This document shows, in pieces, positions 13,220 to 23,500 of a stretch of 64,000 nucleotides of DNA. The stretch spans positions 64,001-128,000 of the forward strand of contig CAWAIK010000005.1 of the NCBI GenBank assembly GCA_963782115.1, in the 5' to 3' direction. The notes under the pieces were generated by a model that worked only from the letters and a program-made list of their open reading frames with translations, did no database searches and was not told the DNA's origin. The position numbers and the translations under genes are program-made. Position 1 is the stretch's first letter. Every line of letters starts with the position of its first letter. This stretch comes from an uncultured Verrucomicrobiae bacterium (GTDB lineage: Bacteria > Verrucomicrobiota > Verrucomicrobiia > Chthoniobacterales > JAFAMB01).

Positions 13220-14611
13220 TTATTTGGCTATGACTTCGTAGCCATCGCCTTTGGCGTTCTTCAGGGACTCGCTCTGCCAAGCGTCGAGGGCTTGTTTGGG
13301 AGTGGCCTTGCCGCCAAGTAACGCCTCAATCTGCTTGTTGTAGTTGTCGTTCACAAAGGCGAACCAGGGGCTCCAAGCAAAATCGGCGTTAACCGCCTTC
13401 GAGGCCGCGGAGTAAACGTCGGCGACGTTTTGTCCTCCGCAAAACTTGCTCGGATTTTTGTCGGGTTGGTTAAGGTCGGGCGAAGCAAGACCGGCAACTG
13501 CTGCGGGAAAGATCCCGTAGCTGTTCCAGTTGCTCATGACGGGTCCTTTGGCGGTGTTTAACCAAACGGAAAAAAGGACGGCGGCTTTCAAGTGCTTTGA
13601 CTGCTTTGGCACGACGTTGCAACTACCGCCCCAGTTACCACTGTGGAACGGCTGATCCTTTGCCCACTGCGGCAGTGGAGCGACTTGCCATTCGCCAGAG
13701 GTTTTGTCATTCAGGGATGCGGCCAGCACTCCCGGACCCCATGCCGCCTCAATCGAGCTGGCGATCTGGCCCGAGCCGATTGCGCTGTAGAATTCCGCGG
13801 TGAAGCCCGGTATCGTCGACACGAGCTTTTTCTTTATCAAACCGTCCCAGTAGGTGAGCACCTTTTCACATGCAGGCTGGTTGAGTGATTGTACCCAAGA
13901 GTCTCCTTGCGTCTTGAACAGTTCGGCACCATTGGCCCAGGCCATGCTGATGAACCAGGGGGCGTGTGTTGGAAAGAAGTTGCATAGCTTGACCTTGCCG
14001 GCACTGGCTTGGGCCAGCTTTTCGGCCTGCTGGGTGAACTCGTCCCAAGTCGCGGGCACCGTGAGGCCGTACTGATCGAAAATCTTTTTGTTGTAAAGCA
14101 AAGCCATGGGCCCGGTGTCCTGCGGGATGCCGTAGACGGCTTTGCCGTCGGGAGAAACCTGCCCCCAGGTCCACGGGACAAAGTAATCTTTCAGTCCATT
14201 GGCACCGTATTTGGAGAGGTCAGCCAACCCGTCGGTCACTATAAAGGACGGCAAAAACATGTATTCGATCTGGGCGACGTCCGGTCCGCCGGAGCCGGCT
14301 TTGAGCGCAGTTTGCAGCTTCTGATATTCTGCTGGCCCACCACCGACGTTGTTGACGTGCACTTTGATGTCGGGATAGGCCTGCTCAAAGAGCTTGGCGG
14401 CCTTGTCTAGCCCGCCCACCCAAGACCAGACCTCCAAGGTGGTCGGCCCGCTTTCGGCTGGGAACTTGCTGTAGTCGGGCTGCTTGAAGTTTTCTTGGGC
14501 GCTTGCTGATAAAACCGGCGACCCAACCAACGCACCGGCCAGCAAGGCAACGCTGACGTGGTGAAAAGAACCGAAACGGGAAAACGAACGGGGTACGATG
14601 AAGTGTCTCAT
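13220..14611 (-). CDS. Sugar ABC transporter substrate-binding protein (family 1)
   Basis: Signal peptide ([16 protein letters not shown]), [28 protein letters not shown]; start taken at MRHFIV (14611). Confidence 0.9.
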   Translation of the reverse strand: MRHFIVPRSFSRFGSFHHVSVALLAGALVGSPVLSASAQENFKQPDYSKFPAESGPTTLEVWSWVGGLDKAAKLFEQAYPDIKVHVNNVGGGPAEYQKLQTALKAGSGGPDVAQIEYMFLPSFIVTDGLADLSKYGANGLKDYFVPWTWGQVSPDGKAVYGIPQDTGPMALLYNKKIFDQYGLTVPATWDEFTQQAEKLAQASAGKVKLCNFFPTHAPWFISMAWANGAELFKTQGDSWVQSLNQPACEKVLTYWDGLIKKKLVSTIPGFTAEFYSAIGSGQIASSIEAAWGPGVLAASLNDKTSGEWQVAPLPQWAKDQPFHSGNWGGSCNVVPKQSKHLKAAVLFSVWLNTAKGPVMSNWNSYGIFPAAVAGLASPDLNQPDKNPSKFCGGQNVADVYSAASKAVNADFAWSPWFAFVNDNYNKQIEALLGGKATPKQALDAWQSESLKNAKGDGYEVIAK

Positions 14612-14634
14612 AAAGGGAGGAAAAAACCCACACC

Positions 14635-14652
14635 ATTGTGGGCGTTCACAAT
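14635..14652. promoter_or_regulatory. LacI-type operator 1
   Basis: ATTGTGGGCGTTCACAAT: palindrome differing at 2 positions from symmetric lacO (ATTGTGAGCGCTCACAAT), between the divergent SBP and LacI genes. Confidence 0.75.
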
Positions 14653-14687
14653 CCAATACGAAAATGCGAACATAGCAAGTATTCTTT

Positions 14688-14701
14688 TGTGAGGGCTCAC
14701 A
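14688..14701. promoter_or_regulatory. LacI-type operator 2
   Basis: TGTGAGGGCTCACA: 1 mismatch to TGTGAGCGCTCACA. Confidence 0.75.
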
Positions 14702-14753
14702 TTTTTTTAGTGAACCCAAGCTCCAGCCGTTGTTAAGTGACAAGGGTATTTTA

Positions 14754-15773
14754 ATGGATAAGTACTTTCAGCCACGTAGCGCGACGCTCAACGATGTCGG
14801 CGCACTTAGCGGCGTTTCGTATCAGACCGTTTCCCGTGTCGTTAACGAAAGTCCGCTGGTCGCCGAGAAAACCCGAGCTCGAGTCTTGAAAGCGATCGCC
14901 GAACTGGGTTACCGGCCTAATCAAGCGGCGCGACGCCTGGCGACCCGGAGCTCAAGAGTGATAGGGATGGTGGGAAGCCACATCACCTACTATGGTCCCG
15001 CACAAGTTATGTTGAGCGTCGAAGAAACGGCTAAACGACAGGGCTACAATCTCATGTTTGCCGGTGTAGAGAGTGCGAGTAAAGTCCAGGTAACGGGCGC
15101 TATTGACGACTTATTCGAACATCAAGTGGATGGATTAGTGCTCGGAGTTCGCGTGGAGGGGGGAATGGATGAGATTCGCGATCTTTGCCGTGGAGTGCCT
15201 TTTGTGGCCCTCGACACTAACACCCCAGATGTACCTACTGTGATTGTGGATCAGCAATACGGGACGCGCCTTGCCATCCAGCATTTGCTCGATTTGGGCC
15301 ACAAGCAGATCGCCTGTATCACCGGACCATCGCGTTGGTCTGCATCCAAAGAACGCCGAAAGGGTTGGGCAAAGGCCCTCAAACACGCAGGCTTGGCGCT
15401 CGGCCCTTGCGTCGAAGGCGATTGGAGCGCAGCGAGCGGGTTCGCAGCCGCAGCTCAACTGCTGGAACGCGGGCCGCGACGGTTCACCGCGATCGTAACG
15501 GCTAACGACCATATGGCATTGGGCGTTCTTCGGGCCTTGCACGCCAAGGGTATCCGGGTGCCCGAAGACATTTCTGTTGTCGGCTACGATGACCTTCCAG
15601 AGTCACCATTTTTCGAACCGCCCCTGACCACTATTCACCATGATTTCGCTCGGCAAGGCGAACGGTGTGTGGAAGTACTTTTGAGTATGATCAAACGGCA
15701 ACCCTTTGAGCCAATGATTCAGCTCTTGCGTCCAGAGCTCGTGATTCGCGAGAGCACGGCGCAACCTAATTAG
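14754..15773 (+). CDS. LacI-family transcriptional regulator
   Basis: TLNDVGALSGVSYQTVSRVVN HTH, YRPNQAARRL hinge, VPEDISVVGYDD, PPLTT. Confidence 0.95.
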   Translation: MDKYFQPRSATLNDVGALSGVSYQTVSRVVNESPLVAEKTRARVLKAIAELGYRPNQAARRLATRSSRVIGMVGSHITYYGPAQVMLSVEETAKRQGYNLMFAGVESASKVQVTGAIDDLFEHQVDGLVLGVRVEGGMDEIRDLCRGVPFVALDTNTPDVPTVIVDQQYGTRLAIQHLLDLGHKQIACITGPSRWSASKERRKGWAKALKHAGLALGPCVEGDWSAASGFAAAAQLLERGPRRFTAIVTANDHMALGVLRALHAKGIRVPEDISVVGYDDLPESPFFEPPLTTIHHDFARQGERCVEVLLSMIKRQPFEPMIQLLRPELVIRESTAQPN

Positions 15774-15782
15774 AGGTTTCAT

Positions 15783-16178
15783 TCACTTGCGATATTGATC
15801 GTCGGTGACCTTTTCCATCCATTCGACGACCTTACCGTTGAGATTCTCCTGAATGGCGATGTGCGTCATGGCTGTGGTTGGCGTAGCACCATGCCAGTGT
15901 TTTTCGTCCGGGGGGAACCAGACCACATCTCCGGGATGGATCTCTTCAATCGGATCGCCTTCGCGCTGCACCCACCCGCAGCCAGCCGTGACAATCAGCG
16001 TCTGACCCAGAGGGTGGGTGTGCCATGCGGTTCGAGCGCCGGGCTCGAATGTGACACTGGCACCGGCCGCGCGGGCCGGAGTGTTTGCTTGGAACAAGGG
16101 ATCGATGCGCACCGCGCCGGTAAACCAATCGGCCGGTCCTTTGTTGGAAGGCTGTGAGCCACTTCGTTTGATGTCCAT
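15783..16178 (-). CDS. Cupin-domain protein, copy 1
   Basis: [35 protein letters not shown]. Confidence 0.9.
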   Translation of the reverse strand: MDIKRSGSQPSNKGPADWFTGAVRIDPLFQANTPARAAGASVTFEPGARTAWHTHPLGQTLIVTAGCGWVQREGDPIEEIHPGDVVWFPPDEKHWHGATPTTAMTHIAIQENLNGKVVEWMEKVTDDQYRK

Positions 16179-16216
16179 ATTTTGAATTCCGTCACTTAAG
16201 GCCTTTTCATTTGGTC

Positions 16217-16400
16217 ATACTATTTCCTAAACCCCTCGAACCCAAGCCAGTTCCGGCCTTGCCTTTTTCCCTGGTACGCGAGCTGGGCGACCAGCAGCAA
16301 GAAAGGCTCGATATATCGGGCGATCCGCAGGGCCAGCGTCATCGGATCGAAACCCACGTCGCGGATCAGCGCAGCGTCCACACCTTTGCCACTTTCATTC
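16217..16400 (-). pseudogene. NADP oxidoreductase (F420-reductase-like) C-terminal fragment
   Basis: Manual reading AALIRDVGFDP..ALRIARYIEPFLLLVAQLAY. Confidence 0.55.
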
Positions 16401-16456
16401 CGAACGCTAGACTAATTATAATTATTAGGCTAGCGGTTTAACCGCGCTCGCGGATC

Positions 16457-16690
16457 ATGGAGCATTTTGATACGATAGGCGACGTGCACGGTCAGGCTGC
16501 TAAACTGGAGCGGTTGTTGCGTGCTTTCGGGTACGAGAAAGTTGGTGGTGTATATGGGTTAGCTGATCGCACAGCAGTTTTCGTCGGTGACTTGATCGAT
16601 CGAGGACCCGCAATCGGAGAAACACTCGAGATTGTGAAGGCGATGGTCGACGCCGGCAGCGGGGTCTGCGCTATGGGCAATCACGGCAAC
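16457..16690 (+). pseudogene. Metallophosphoesterase (ApaH/PPP-like), truncated after the GNH motif
   Basis: IGDVHG, VFVGDLIDRG, MGNH, then similarity is lost. Confidence 0.8.
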
Positions 16691-17103
16691 GCCGCGAGTA
16701 TTCGTTGGCAGAAATATACAACCCCGATGAAGGCGGTGTCAGGGAGATGTTGGCAGCCCACATCGGATTCTTTGCGGAGAATCGATAATCAATAGGGGCG
16801 CGGCAATGTTTCGGCTGCAGAAGAGTTTTTATTTTCCCATTAACTTATTACCCTCTTCGATCAAGCGCCTGATCTCGCGGTAGTCTTCTCTCGTCATTAT
16901 TCGGAGTTCATTGGCGATAGAGCAGTCGCCCAATCGTCCTTACAAGCGCGGGTCGACCGGCTCGCTCTCGAACGCCAGGACACCGAAGACGCATTCATGG
17001 ACCCGGCGCAACGGTTCCCGCCGGACAAAGCGTTCCAGGGCTTCGACGCTGAAGAAACTTGGTCAGCGGTTAGCTTACTTCATCAGGACGCCATTTAGGC
17101 AAC

Positions 17104-17187
17104 TAAGTAAGGCGTCCCGCCTTATTATACATCTGACTGAAGCTGGAAGAAGTTCGGGAGTAAGGCGAGACGCCTTACTTACTTCGG
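17104..17187. repeat. Inverted pair of REP hairpins (GTAAGGCG-NGA-CGCCTTAC family)
   Basis: TAAGTAAGGCGTCCCGCCTTAT (17104-17125) and GTAAGGCGAGACGCCTTACTTACTTCGG (17160-17187), downstream of the RAYT remnant. Confidence 0.85.
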
Positions 17188-17289
17188 AGGCGAAGCCAGA
17201 TGCTTTGCGTTGTTACGAATGTAAGCCTCAAATTTTGCTAAGTGCTCTGCGCTCCGAACGATGTGATCGAAGCTTTCAGGGCGCCAGAT

Positions 17290-17724
17290 GCGCTCCGACG
17301 AAATAAGCTTGCGGTTGAACTTATGTGCTGCTCAATTGATGTTCACCGATGGTTGCGACAATGGCGTGCACGTGATTAGACATCACGATAAATTCGCCGA
17401 GCTCGTAACGTTCCCCGTCAAAATGCCCCAGACTGGATTGCATGATAGCCTTGCAATCTGGGCGTGCCAAGATGCAGCTTCCGTAGCCAGCGATCTATCC
17501 TTTCAGTGAAACGCTGGTGAAATTCATCTTGCTGGCGGCAATTGTGCGGCTCTGGATTTAGATTTTTCCAGTGCTCTTTCTCGCGCCGCAGCCATTCCAA
17601 CTTGGCCTGTGGCAGAGAGTCCGCAAGGCCGGAAGGTGACAAAATATATTACGGATTCCTGCCGCCAATGCGGGAGTTTTCCTCGATGGATGGTCAAGGG
17701 GGCTTCAGGATTGAAAAATGCCAT
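17290..17724 (-). pseudogene. REP-associated tyrosine transposase (RAYT, Y1_Tnp/HUH), frameshifted
   Basis: HRGKLPHWRQESVIYFVTFR / LADSLP...; then GYGSCILARP..HFDGERYELGEFIVMSNHVHAIV containing the HUH motif; flanked by REP hairpins. Confidence 0.85.
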
Positions 17725-17780
17725 ATAAATACCTGCAGTAAATGTGTTTTATATTCAAGGCGTTTTTAGGCGCTCCGAAG

Positions 17781-18528
17781 ATAGGGTAGGGACGCCGTGT
17801 GTCGGCGCCCCTCCCTCCGAACCGAACAGGCCGATTTCCGGCATTCGGCTCTCCAGTTGATAGTTATTCTCCAGAGGAGATCAGCCGACGCAACGATTGT
17901 TCTTTGAGGTTCGATCAAGTGTTGACTCCCGTTACCGAGGCGGCCAACAGACATTCAACGAGGGTCGAAGGTTCGCGTACTTGCTTTTGCTCTTCACCGG
18001 ACTGAGTCCATTGGACATTTGCGGTGCTGTTTTCCTTCGTTCTTTCGTTCAGCGTCTCCATCTTCCTGCCTTCCTTTGCTCCACGGGCATTACCCCGCTT
18101 CTGCGCTCCTACGAAGGCTCTGTCACCTTTCGGGCACGGTTCTTCGGACCCTCTGCCGGTCATGAACGCCGTTCCTCTGCCGAATCGTGATCCCTGATTC
18201 ATGTCGCTCCAACTTCCGACCATTCTATCTCCACCCACCCCATGCACTCCTGGCCCTACGCTCACTTCTCGCCGCAGGTCAGGTCGCGGAGTTACCGTTC
18301 TTTCCCTTTCCGGGCGGCTTCCGTTCTGGGCTTCGCCTTTACTTAGCAGGCTCGCCAATGCATCAGGCCGTATCGAGTTCATCATTTTGTTAATTATGGA
18401 CTGGTCGTTCGCTTCGGGTTGCTCCCCACCCCGCCTCTCGGCGACGCAGTTTCCTTCAGCTACGGACAGCCAGTGCTCCGTCCGATGGGGACTTCCACCC
18501 CACTGTTGGTGCGCACTCTCAGGCGCAC
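17781..18528 (-). mobile_element. Group II intron ribozyme (IIB-like, AGC triad) with the RT/maturase ORF deleted
   Basis: 5' end GTGCG at 18528; domain V GAGCCGAATGCCGGAAATCGGCCTGTTCGGTTC; domain VI GGGGCGCCGACACACGGCGTCCCTACCCTAT ending in AT at 17781; 748 nt; only a short IEP-leader-like remnant (...LLAASVTGV*), no YADD motif. Confidence 0.92.
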
Positions 18529-18550
18529 TAAGTAAGGCGTCCCGCCTTAC
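18529..18550. repeat. REP hairpin forming the 5' exon of the intron
   Basis: TAAGTAAGGCGTCCCGCCTTAC directly abuts the intron 5' end. Confidence 0.9.
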
Positions 18551-18711
18551 CCTCTGTAGTCTCCAGCGTTCAGCTGGATAATCTTTCTTTCGGAATTTTG
18601 GCCTGGGCTTCACGGTTAATTATTACGCAACCTCAATGGACGCATAGCCGGCGACACGCCCGTTACCGGCGACTGTAGAGAAATCCCGCCGCAGGTCTCA
18701 AGGCCAGTGTT

Positions 18712-20262
18712 TCACTCCCCCCTTCTACCACCTGCCATTTCGAGCCAGTCTAATTCCTCTTCCACCCGATGAAAGGCATCGTCGCCGATCTCGTTGTTGG
18801 CGCGCATGGCGAGGACGGCTTGCCGGGCCGCCCGGAGTGCTCCACTAAGCAGTTCGCTGTGTGCGGAGCGCGTGGCGTCGCCTGCGTCAGCATCCGGTCG
18901 TTCGTATGCCAGACGTGCGGTGAACTCCTGCCGGACGACCTGTGCGATCGGGGATCGGTCACGCGCGAAGCTCGCAAGGCCCGCGCGCAACGCGCGTTCA
19001 CGCGCCGCGCTCACTTCGCGGCCGACAGGATCATCGTCATGCAAATCGAGCGCGCGTAAGAGAGGCTTGAGCGTCAGTCCTTGGATCGCCAGCGTGCCGA
19101 GGACGACAGAGAACGCGGTCAGCACGATCAGGTCGCGATACGGAAATGCCGATGGGAGCGCCATGGCCGCAGCCAGAGAGACAATGCCCCGCATGCCGGC
19201 CCACGAAATAATCAAGCCGCTCCCGATGGTCGGCCGCAGCATAGGCCGCGGCGGATGAAAACCGAACCGGCGGTGTCGCCACCTGAGGACTGCATTGAAG
19301 GACATGTGCCAAGCGAAGCGCACAATGATCAGGGTCGGCAGGACGGCGCCGGCAACGGCGAAGTATCGCCCCCGATCCGCTGCTGCCAGGCCCTCGAGAA
19401 TGGGCCGAACCTGCAGGCCGATGAAGATGAAGGCCAGGATGTTCAGCGCGAACACGACTGTCTCCCACACGGCATAGGTCGGTATCCGTGTCCGCGCGGG
19501 AGTCCGCTCAGGCGCCGTCCGCGCCACCGTCATGGCGTAGCATACCATCGTCAACACCCCTGAGAGCCCAACGCGATCGGCGAGCATCCACACGCCGAAC
19601 GTGCTGACGAACTGAAGAATGATGGCGGTCGGCACGTGCTGCACACGTTCCATCAACCGGAGGACGAGCCACCCGAGCGCCGGCCCTACGACCAGGCTGC
19701 CGGCCACCGCGAGTAAAAAGGTTGGCGCAACGGCCGCCATGGAGAAGCCGTTGGCCGCGACGGTTCCAACGGCGAGCCGGTAGATCAGGAGGGCACTGGC
19801 GTCATTCAAGAGGCTTTCGCCTTCGAGGATGGTCAGGATGCGATGGGGCGGTCGCAACGGGCGGATCACGGCCGTGGCCGCGACCGCGTCGGGTGGGGCC
19901 ACGACCGCGCCGAGCGCAATCGCCGCTGCCCAGGGCATCGTCGGTAGGAGCGCGTGGGCGACGACGGCGACCGCGGCGGTCGTGAGGCCGACCGCGAAGA
20001 CGACCAAGCCGGTCACCGGCGCCCAATTGTCCCTGAGATCTCTGAGCGACGCATCGTAAGCCGCATCGAGCAGTACGGGCGCGACGAAGAGCGCCAGCGC
20101 AAGCTCGGGAGGGACGCTGAACGAGGGCGCGCCCGGAAGAAACGCCAGCAGCGCGCCGCCGAGCGCCAGGAATACCGGGTAAGGTGCTCCGACGCGGCGT
20201 GCCGCGGCCGCCAGGACCACGGCCGCGACGAACAGTCCAAGGAGTTGTTCGAGTTCCCTCAT
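18712..20262 (-). CDS. Na+/H+ antiporter, CPA1 family
   Basis: LGAVVAPPDAVA, ILEGESLLNDA, WAGMRGIVSLAAA; many TM segments. Confidence 0.93.
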   Translation of the reverse strand: MRELEQLLGLFVAAVVLAAAARRVGAPYPVFLALGGALLAFLPGAPSFSVPPELALALFVAPVLLDAAYDASLRDLRDNWAPVTGLVVFAVGLTTAAVAVVAHALLPTMPWAAAIALGAVVAPPDAVAATAVIRPLRPPHRILTILEGESLLNDASALLIYRLAVGTVAANGFSMAAVAPTFLLAVAGSLVVGPALGWLVLRLMERVQHVPTAIILQFVSTFGVWMLADRVGLSGVLTMVCYAMTVARTAPERTPARTRIPTYAVWETVVFALNILAFIFIGLQVRPILEGLAAADRGRYFAVAGAVLPTLIIVRFAWHMSFNAVLRWRHRRFGFHPPRPMLRPTIGSGLIISWAGMRGIVSLAAAMALPSAFPYRDLIVLTAFSVVLGTLAIQGLTLKPLLRALDLHDDDPVGREVSAARERALRAGLASFARDRSPIAQVVRQEFTARLAYERPDADAGDATRSAHSELLSGALRAARQAVLAMRANNEIGDDAFHRVEEELDWLEMAGGRRGE

Positions 20263-20530
20263 AGGACCCGAGGTTGGCGATTCAAGGTCCTAGAAGCCCT
20301 CCCAACTTCGGCGAGGGGCTGACCTTGGAACGGTACGATCCCAAGGGGAGCCTAGCACTCCTGCCGAATCTCCCGCTCTCCGCTACGCTAAAAATGCTCT
20401 GCATTACGATTGGCAGCTCGTATTGGGCCTGGTGGTGTATTACAAGGCAAAGTGTGAATGTTGTCCATAGCAGGGTATCAAGCCATTGAGCTTGTTCGTG
20501 GCCGACTGTTGGGCGAAAGGGAGGCATGTT

Positions 20531-21514
20531 ATGAAAGCGATTCGAGTGGAAAAACAAGGCGGCCCTGAAGTGTTGAAACTCCTGGATGTCGCGCCCATCG
20601 AGGCACCGGGCCCAGGCCAAGCGGTGGTACGCGTCGTGGCTGCGGGTGTGAACTTCCTGGACGTCGGCCAGCGGCGCGGCACTTATCCTCGCCAGGTGCC
20701 TTTCACCTTGGGCGTGGAAGGCGCGGGCGTGGTTGAATCCGTTGGCGAAGGCGTCCGGAACGTCAAGGCATCCGATCGAGTGGCGTTTACCGGTCTGCCG
20801 GGCGCCTATGCAGAAGCCATACTGGCCGAGGCCGAGCGCCTGATTCCTCTACCGGACGAATTTACATTCGAGGAAGGCGCGGCGTTCCCGTTGCAGGGCA
20901 TGACGGCACACTACCTGATCCACGAATTCCGGCGGCCTGTTCCCGGCAGTTTCGTACTGATTCACGCGGCGGCGGGCGGAATGGGAGGGCTGCTGGTGCA
21001 GTGGGCCAAGCACCTTGGCGCGAACGTGATTGGAACAGTCTCGACTGAGGCGAAAGCACGCACGGCGCGCACGTCCGGCGCTGATCACGTGATTGTCTAC
21101 ACAGAGCAGGATTTCGTGGCTGAAATCAAGCGGATCACGAAGGGGCGGGGCGCAGATTTGATTATTGACGGCGTGGGCAGAACGACGTTTAAGGGCGATC
21201 TGGAAGCGGCGGCCATCCGCGGCCAGATCGTGATCTTCGGTGCCGCCAGCGGTCCTGCCGATCCGGTTTCACCGAATGCTTTCATGCCGAACGCGCTGAC
21301 GGTTTCGGGCGGAAGTCTACAGAATTATCTGCGCACCCCCGAGGAGCTGATGCAGCGCGCGAATGACGTCATCGCGGGAATACGAGCGGGCTGGCTGAAA
21401 TTGAACATTGGCCGCGTGCTGCCGCTGGCTCAAGCTGTACAAGCCCATGAGGTCCTGGAAACTCGAAACACAGAAGGCAAGCTGGTACTGTCCGTCACGA
21501 ATTCACCACCATAG
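20531..21514 (+). CDS. qor: Quinone oxidoreductase (zeta-crystallin/MDR)
   Basis: GVNFLD, GVEGAG, LQGMTAHYL, HAAAGGMG, DGVG. Confidence 0.9.
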   Translation: MKAIRVEKQGGPEVLKLLDVAPIEAPGPGQAVVRVVAAGVNFLDVGQRRGTYPRQVPFTLGVEGAGVVESVGEGVRNVKASDRVAFTGLPGAYAEAILAEAERLIPLPDEFTFEEGAAFPLQGMTAHYLIHEFRRPVPGSFVLIHAAAGGMGGLLVQWAKHLGANVIGTVSTEAKARTARTSGADHVIVYTEQDFVAEIKRITKGRGADLIIDGVGRTTFKGDLEAAAIRGQIVIFGAASGPADPVSPNAFMPNALTVSGGSLQNYLRTPEELMQRANDVIAGIRAGWLKLNIGRVLPLAQAVQAHEVLETRNTEGKLVLSVTNSPP

Positions 21515-21693
21515 TCTTAAGAGGAGAGCGGAGATTCCGGGAGCTGAGGCTACGACTGATTTGAACGGCGGCGGTAGGCCCGATTCGTTGATCATTAAAA
21601 CTCGCTCCCGGGAGTTCCCTCAAGATGCCCTCTTATTCGGCTCGTGTTATTCAAACGGGTTAACAAAGTCTTAAAGCCACTCACGCGCTGAGA

Positions 21694-22089
21694 TCACTTG
21701 CGATATTGATCGTCGGTGACCTTTTCCATCCATTCGACAACCTTACCGTTGAGATTCTCCTGAATGGCGATATGCGTCATGGCCGTCGTCGGCGTCGCAC
21801 CATGCCAATGTTTTTCGGCCGGCGGGAACCAGACCGCATCTCCGGGATGGATCTCTTCAATCGGACCGCCCTCGCGCTGCACCCACCCACAACCGGCTGT
21901 GACAATCAGCGTCTGACCCAGAGGGTGTATATGCCATGCGGTTCGAGCGCCGGGCTCCAATGTGACACTGGCACCGGCCGCGCGTGCCGGAGTGTTTGCT
22001 TGGAACAAGGGATCGATGCGCACCGTGCCGGTAAACCAATCGGCTGGTCCTTTGCTGGATGGTTGTGAACCACTTCTTTTGATTTCCAT
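21694..22089 (-). CDS. Cupin-domain protein, copy 2
   Basis: Near-identical paralog of 15783-16178. Confidence 0.9.
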   Translation of the reverse strand: MEIKRSGSQPSSKGPADWFTGTVRIDPLFQANTPARAAGASVTLEPGARTAWHIHPLGQTLIVTAGCGWVQREGGPIEEIHPGDAVWFPPAEKHWHGATPTTAMTHIAIQENLNGKVVEWMEKVTDDQYRK

Positions 22090-22228
22090 GACGTGCGAAT
22101 GGCGGATTTCAGATTGTGGATCGATGGAACGATCTGTAGTGAGTTTACTCTGCCTCGGTGGTGGCAGCTCTCGGAATCGTGCGGCGCCTGTCGTATTCTT
22201 GCGGAAAAGCCGTGCGTTTTTCGAGGCT

Positions 22229-22831
22229 CTAGAGGGCGTTGCGGAACTGCGTGGGAGCCATGCCCACTGTCCGCCGAAATACCTGAGCGAAATGGCTTGG
22301 ACTAGTGTAGCCGACTTCGAGCGCGATTTCGATGAGGCTGCGGGGTGTTTCGCGGATCAGTTGCTGAGCTTGCAGCATGCGCTCTCGGATCACGAATTGC
22401 AGAGGCGTTATCCCCGTGGCCTGCTTGAACACGCGCGAGAAATGGAAAGGGCTCAGCTCCGCCAACTCAGCCAGCGTCTCGATTGAGATGCTTTCTGCGA
22501 GGTGCGCACGCACGTAGTCCTCGATCTTGTGGAGCCGTGCGATCGGTAACCCGCCGCGATAATCAGGTCTCTGCGATGCGACGGTCGTGTATTTCTCGGC
22601 GATGTGAATCGCCAGAAGGTGTGCGAAGGCAGCGACGCGTTTCGCGTTGCCCGCAGTATGGGCAGATAGCATCTCGGCGCAGGCAAAACTCAGATGCGCA
22701 AGGGTTTCATCCCGACCGAAGAAGTCAGTCACCTCAAGAGCGCCCGCCTTGTCTTGGTAAACCATTTGAAACGCTGCGAGGCACTGGTCCACGGCAAGAT
22801 GGATGTGGATCACGTCTATTTCCGCGCCCAA
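22229..22831 (-). pseudogene. AraC-family regulator, N-terminally truncated
   Basis: [37 protein letters not shown]; the 5' part ends at a palindromic repeat near 22860-22920. Confidence 0.8.
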
Positions 22832-22979
22832 AGCTTCAGGGCGAACCGCTTAATTGAATGCTTCCCAGGGTTGAAACCTGGTTGAAACCCTGACTCCTGT
22901 AGCCTCTCCGGGGCGATAGATCGATCCAAATTCTGCTTATCTTCGCGCCATTCGGGTCAGCCGTTTACTTATGACTTAT

Positions 22980-23121
22980 TGGGGGTCGTCGCGACCAGAT
23001 GAAAATGATTCTCCATCAGAACATAACAATGCACTTTCACCCGGTAGCGTTCCGCGGCCTCAGCAAGATAGCCCAGAAACTTCGACCGATCTCGATCATC
23101 CCGGAATATCTCTTCCCGGTC
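22980..23121 (-). pseudogene. Second Y1/RAYT transposase fragment
   Basis: Manual reading REEIFRDDRDRSKFLGYLAEAAERYRVKVHCYVLMENHFHLVATTP (HUH motif NHFHL). Confidence 0.8.
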
Positions 23122-23210
23122 TTCTTGACGAAAATGACATCGAGGAGGCGATTCGTGTGGCTAGGGATGTTGTCGACTGGGCGGCGCAACAAATGGGTCA
23201 GCCTCAGTGA
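23122..23210 (+). pseudogene. HEPN-like C-terminal fragment
   Basis: LDENDIEEAIRVARDVVDWA resembles the HEPN terminal helix. Confidence 0.35.
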
Positions 23211-23500
23211 GTGCCGGGTAGGCTAAGCCGGCACCGCAAGAAGCGTCGCGTTTTGCCGAGATGCCAACTCCAATCGCCGAGAGTTGGGATGCGTTTCATT
23301 TCGCATATTTGTAAATCCGTTGATTCGAGGGATGAATACAATAATTATTTTAATTATGAAATTTACTTTTAATTCTTTTCGGCATAAGGGTGAATTTACG
23401 TCCGATGACTACGCGACAGAACGATCAATGGTCAGAGGGCTTGATGCTGTTCTCGACGGCCTACGATCCGCTTGATCTAGCCTTAGATATCATCCACAAA

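Noticed and set aside
17781..18528. Classification as a group IIC terminator-targeting intron because it follows a hairpin
   Set aside because: Domain V has an AGC triad and full-length stem, and there is a 7-nt EBS1-like match; IIC introns typically have CGC and a shorter domain V. The exact class is left open.
17915..18613. 232-aa ORF on the minus strand
   Set aside because: It overlaps the intron ribozyme domains and the REP; only the last ~40 codons may be an IEP leader remnant, and there are no RT motifs
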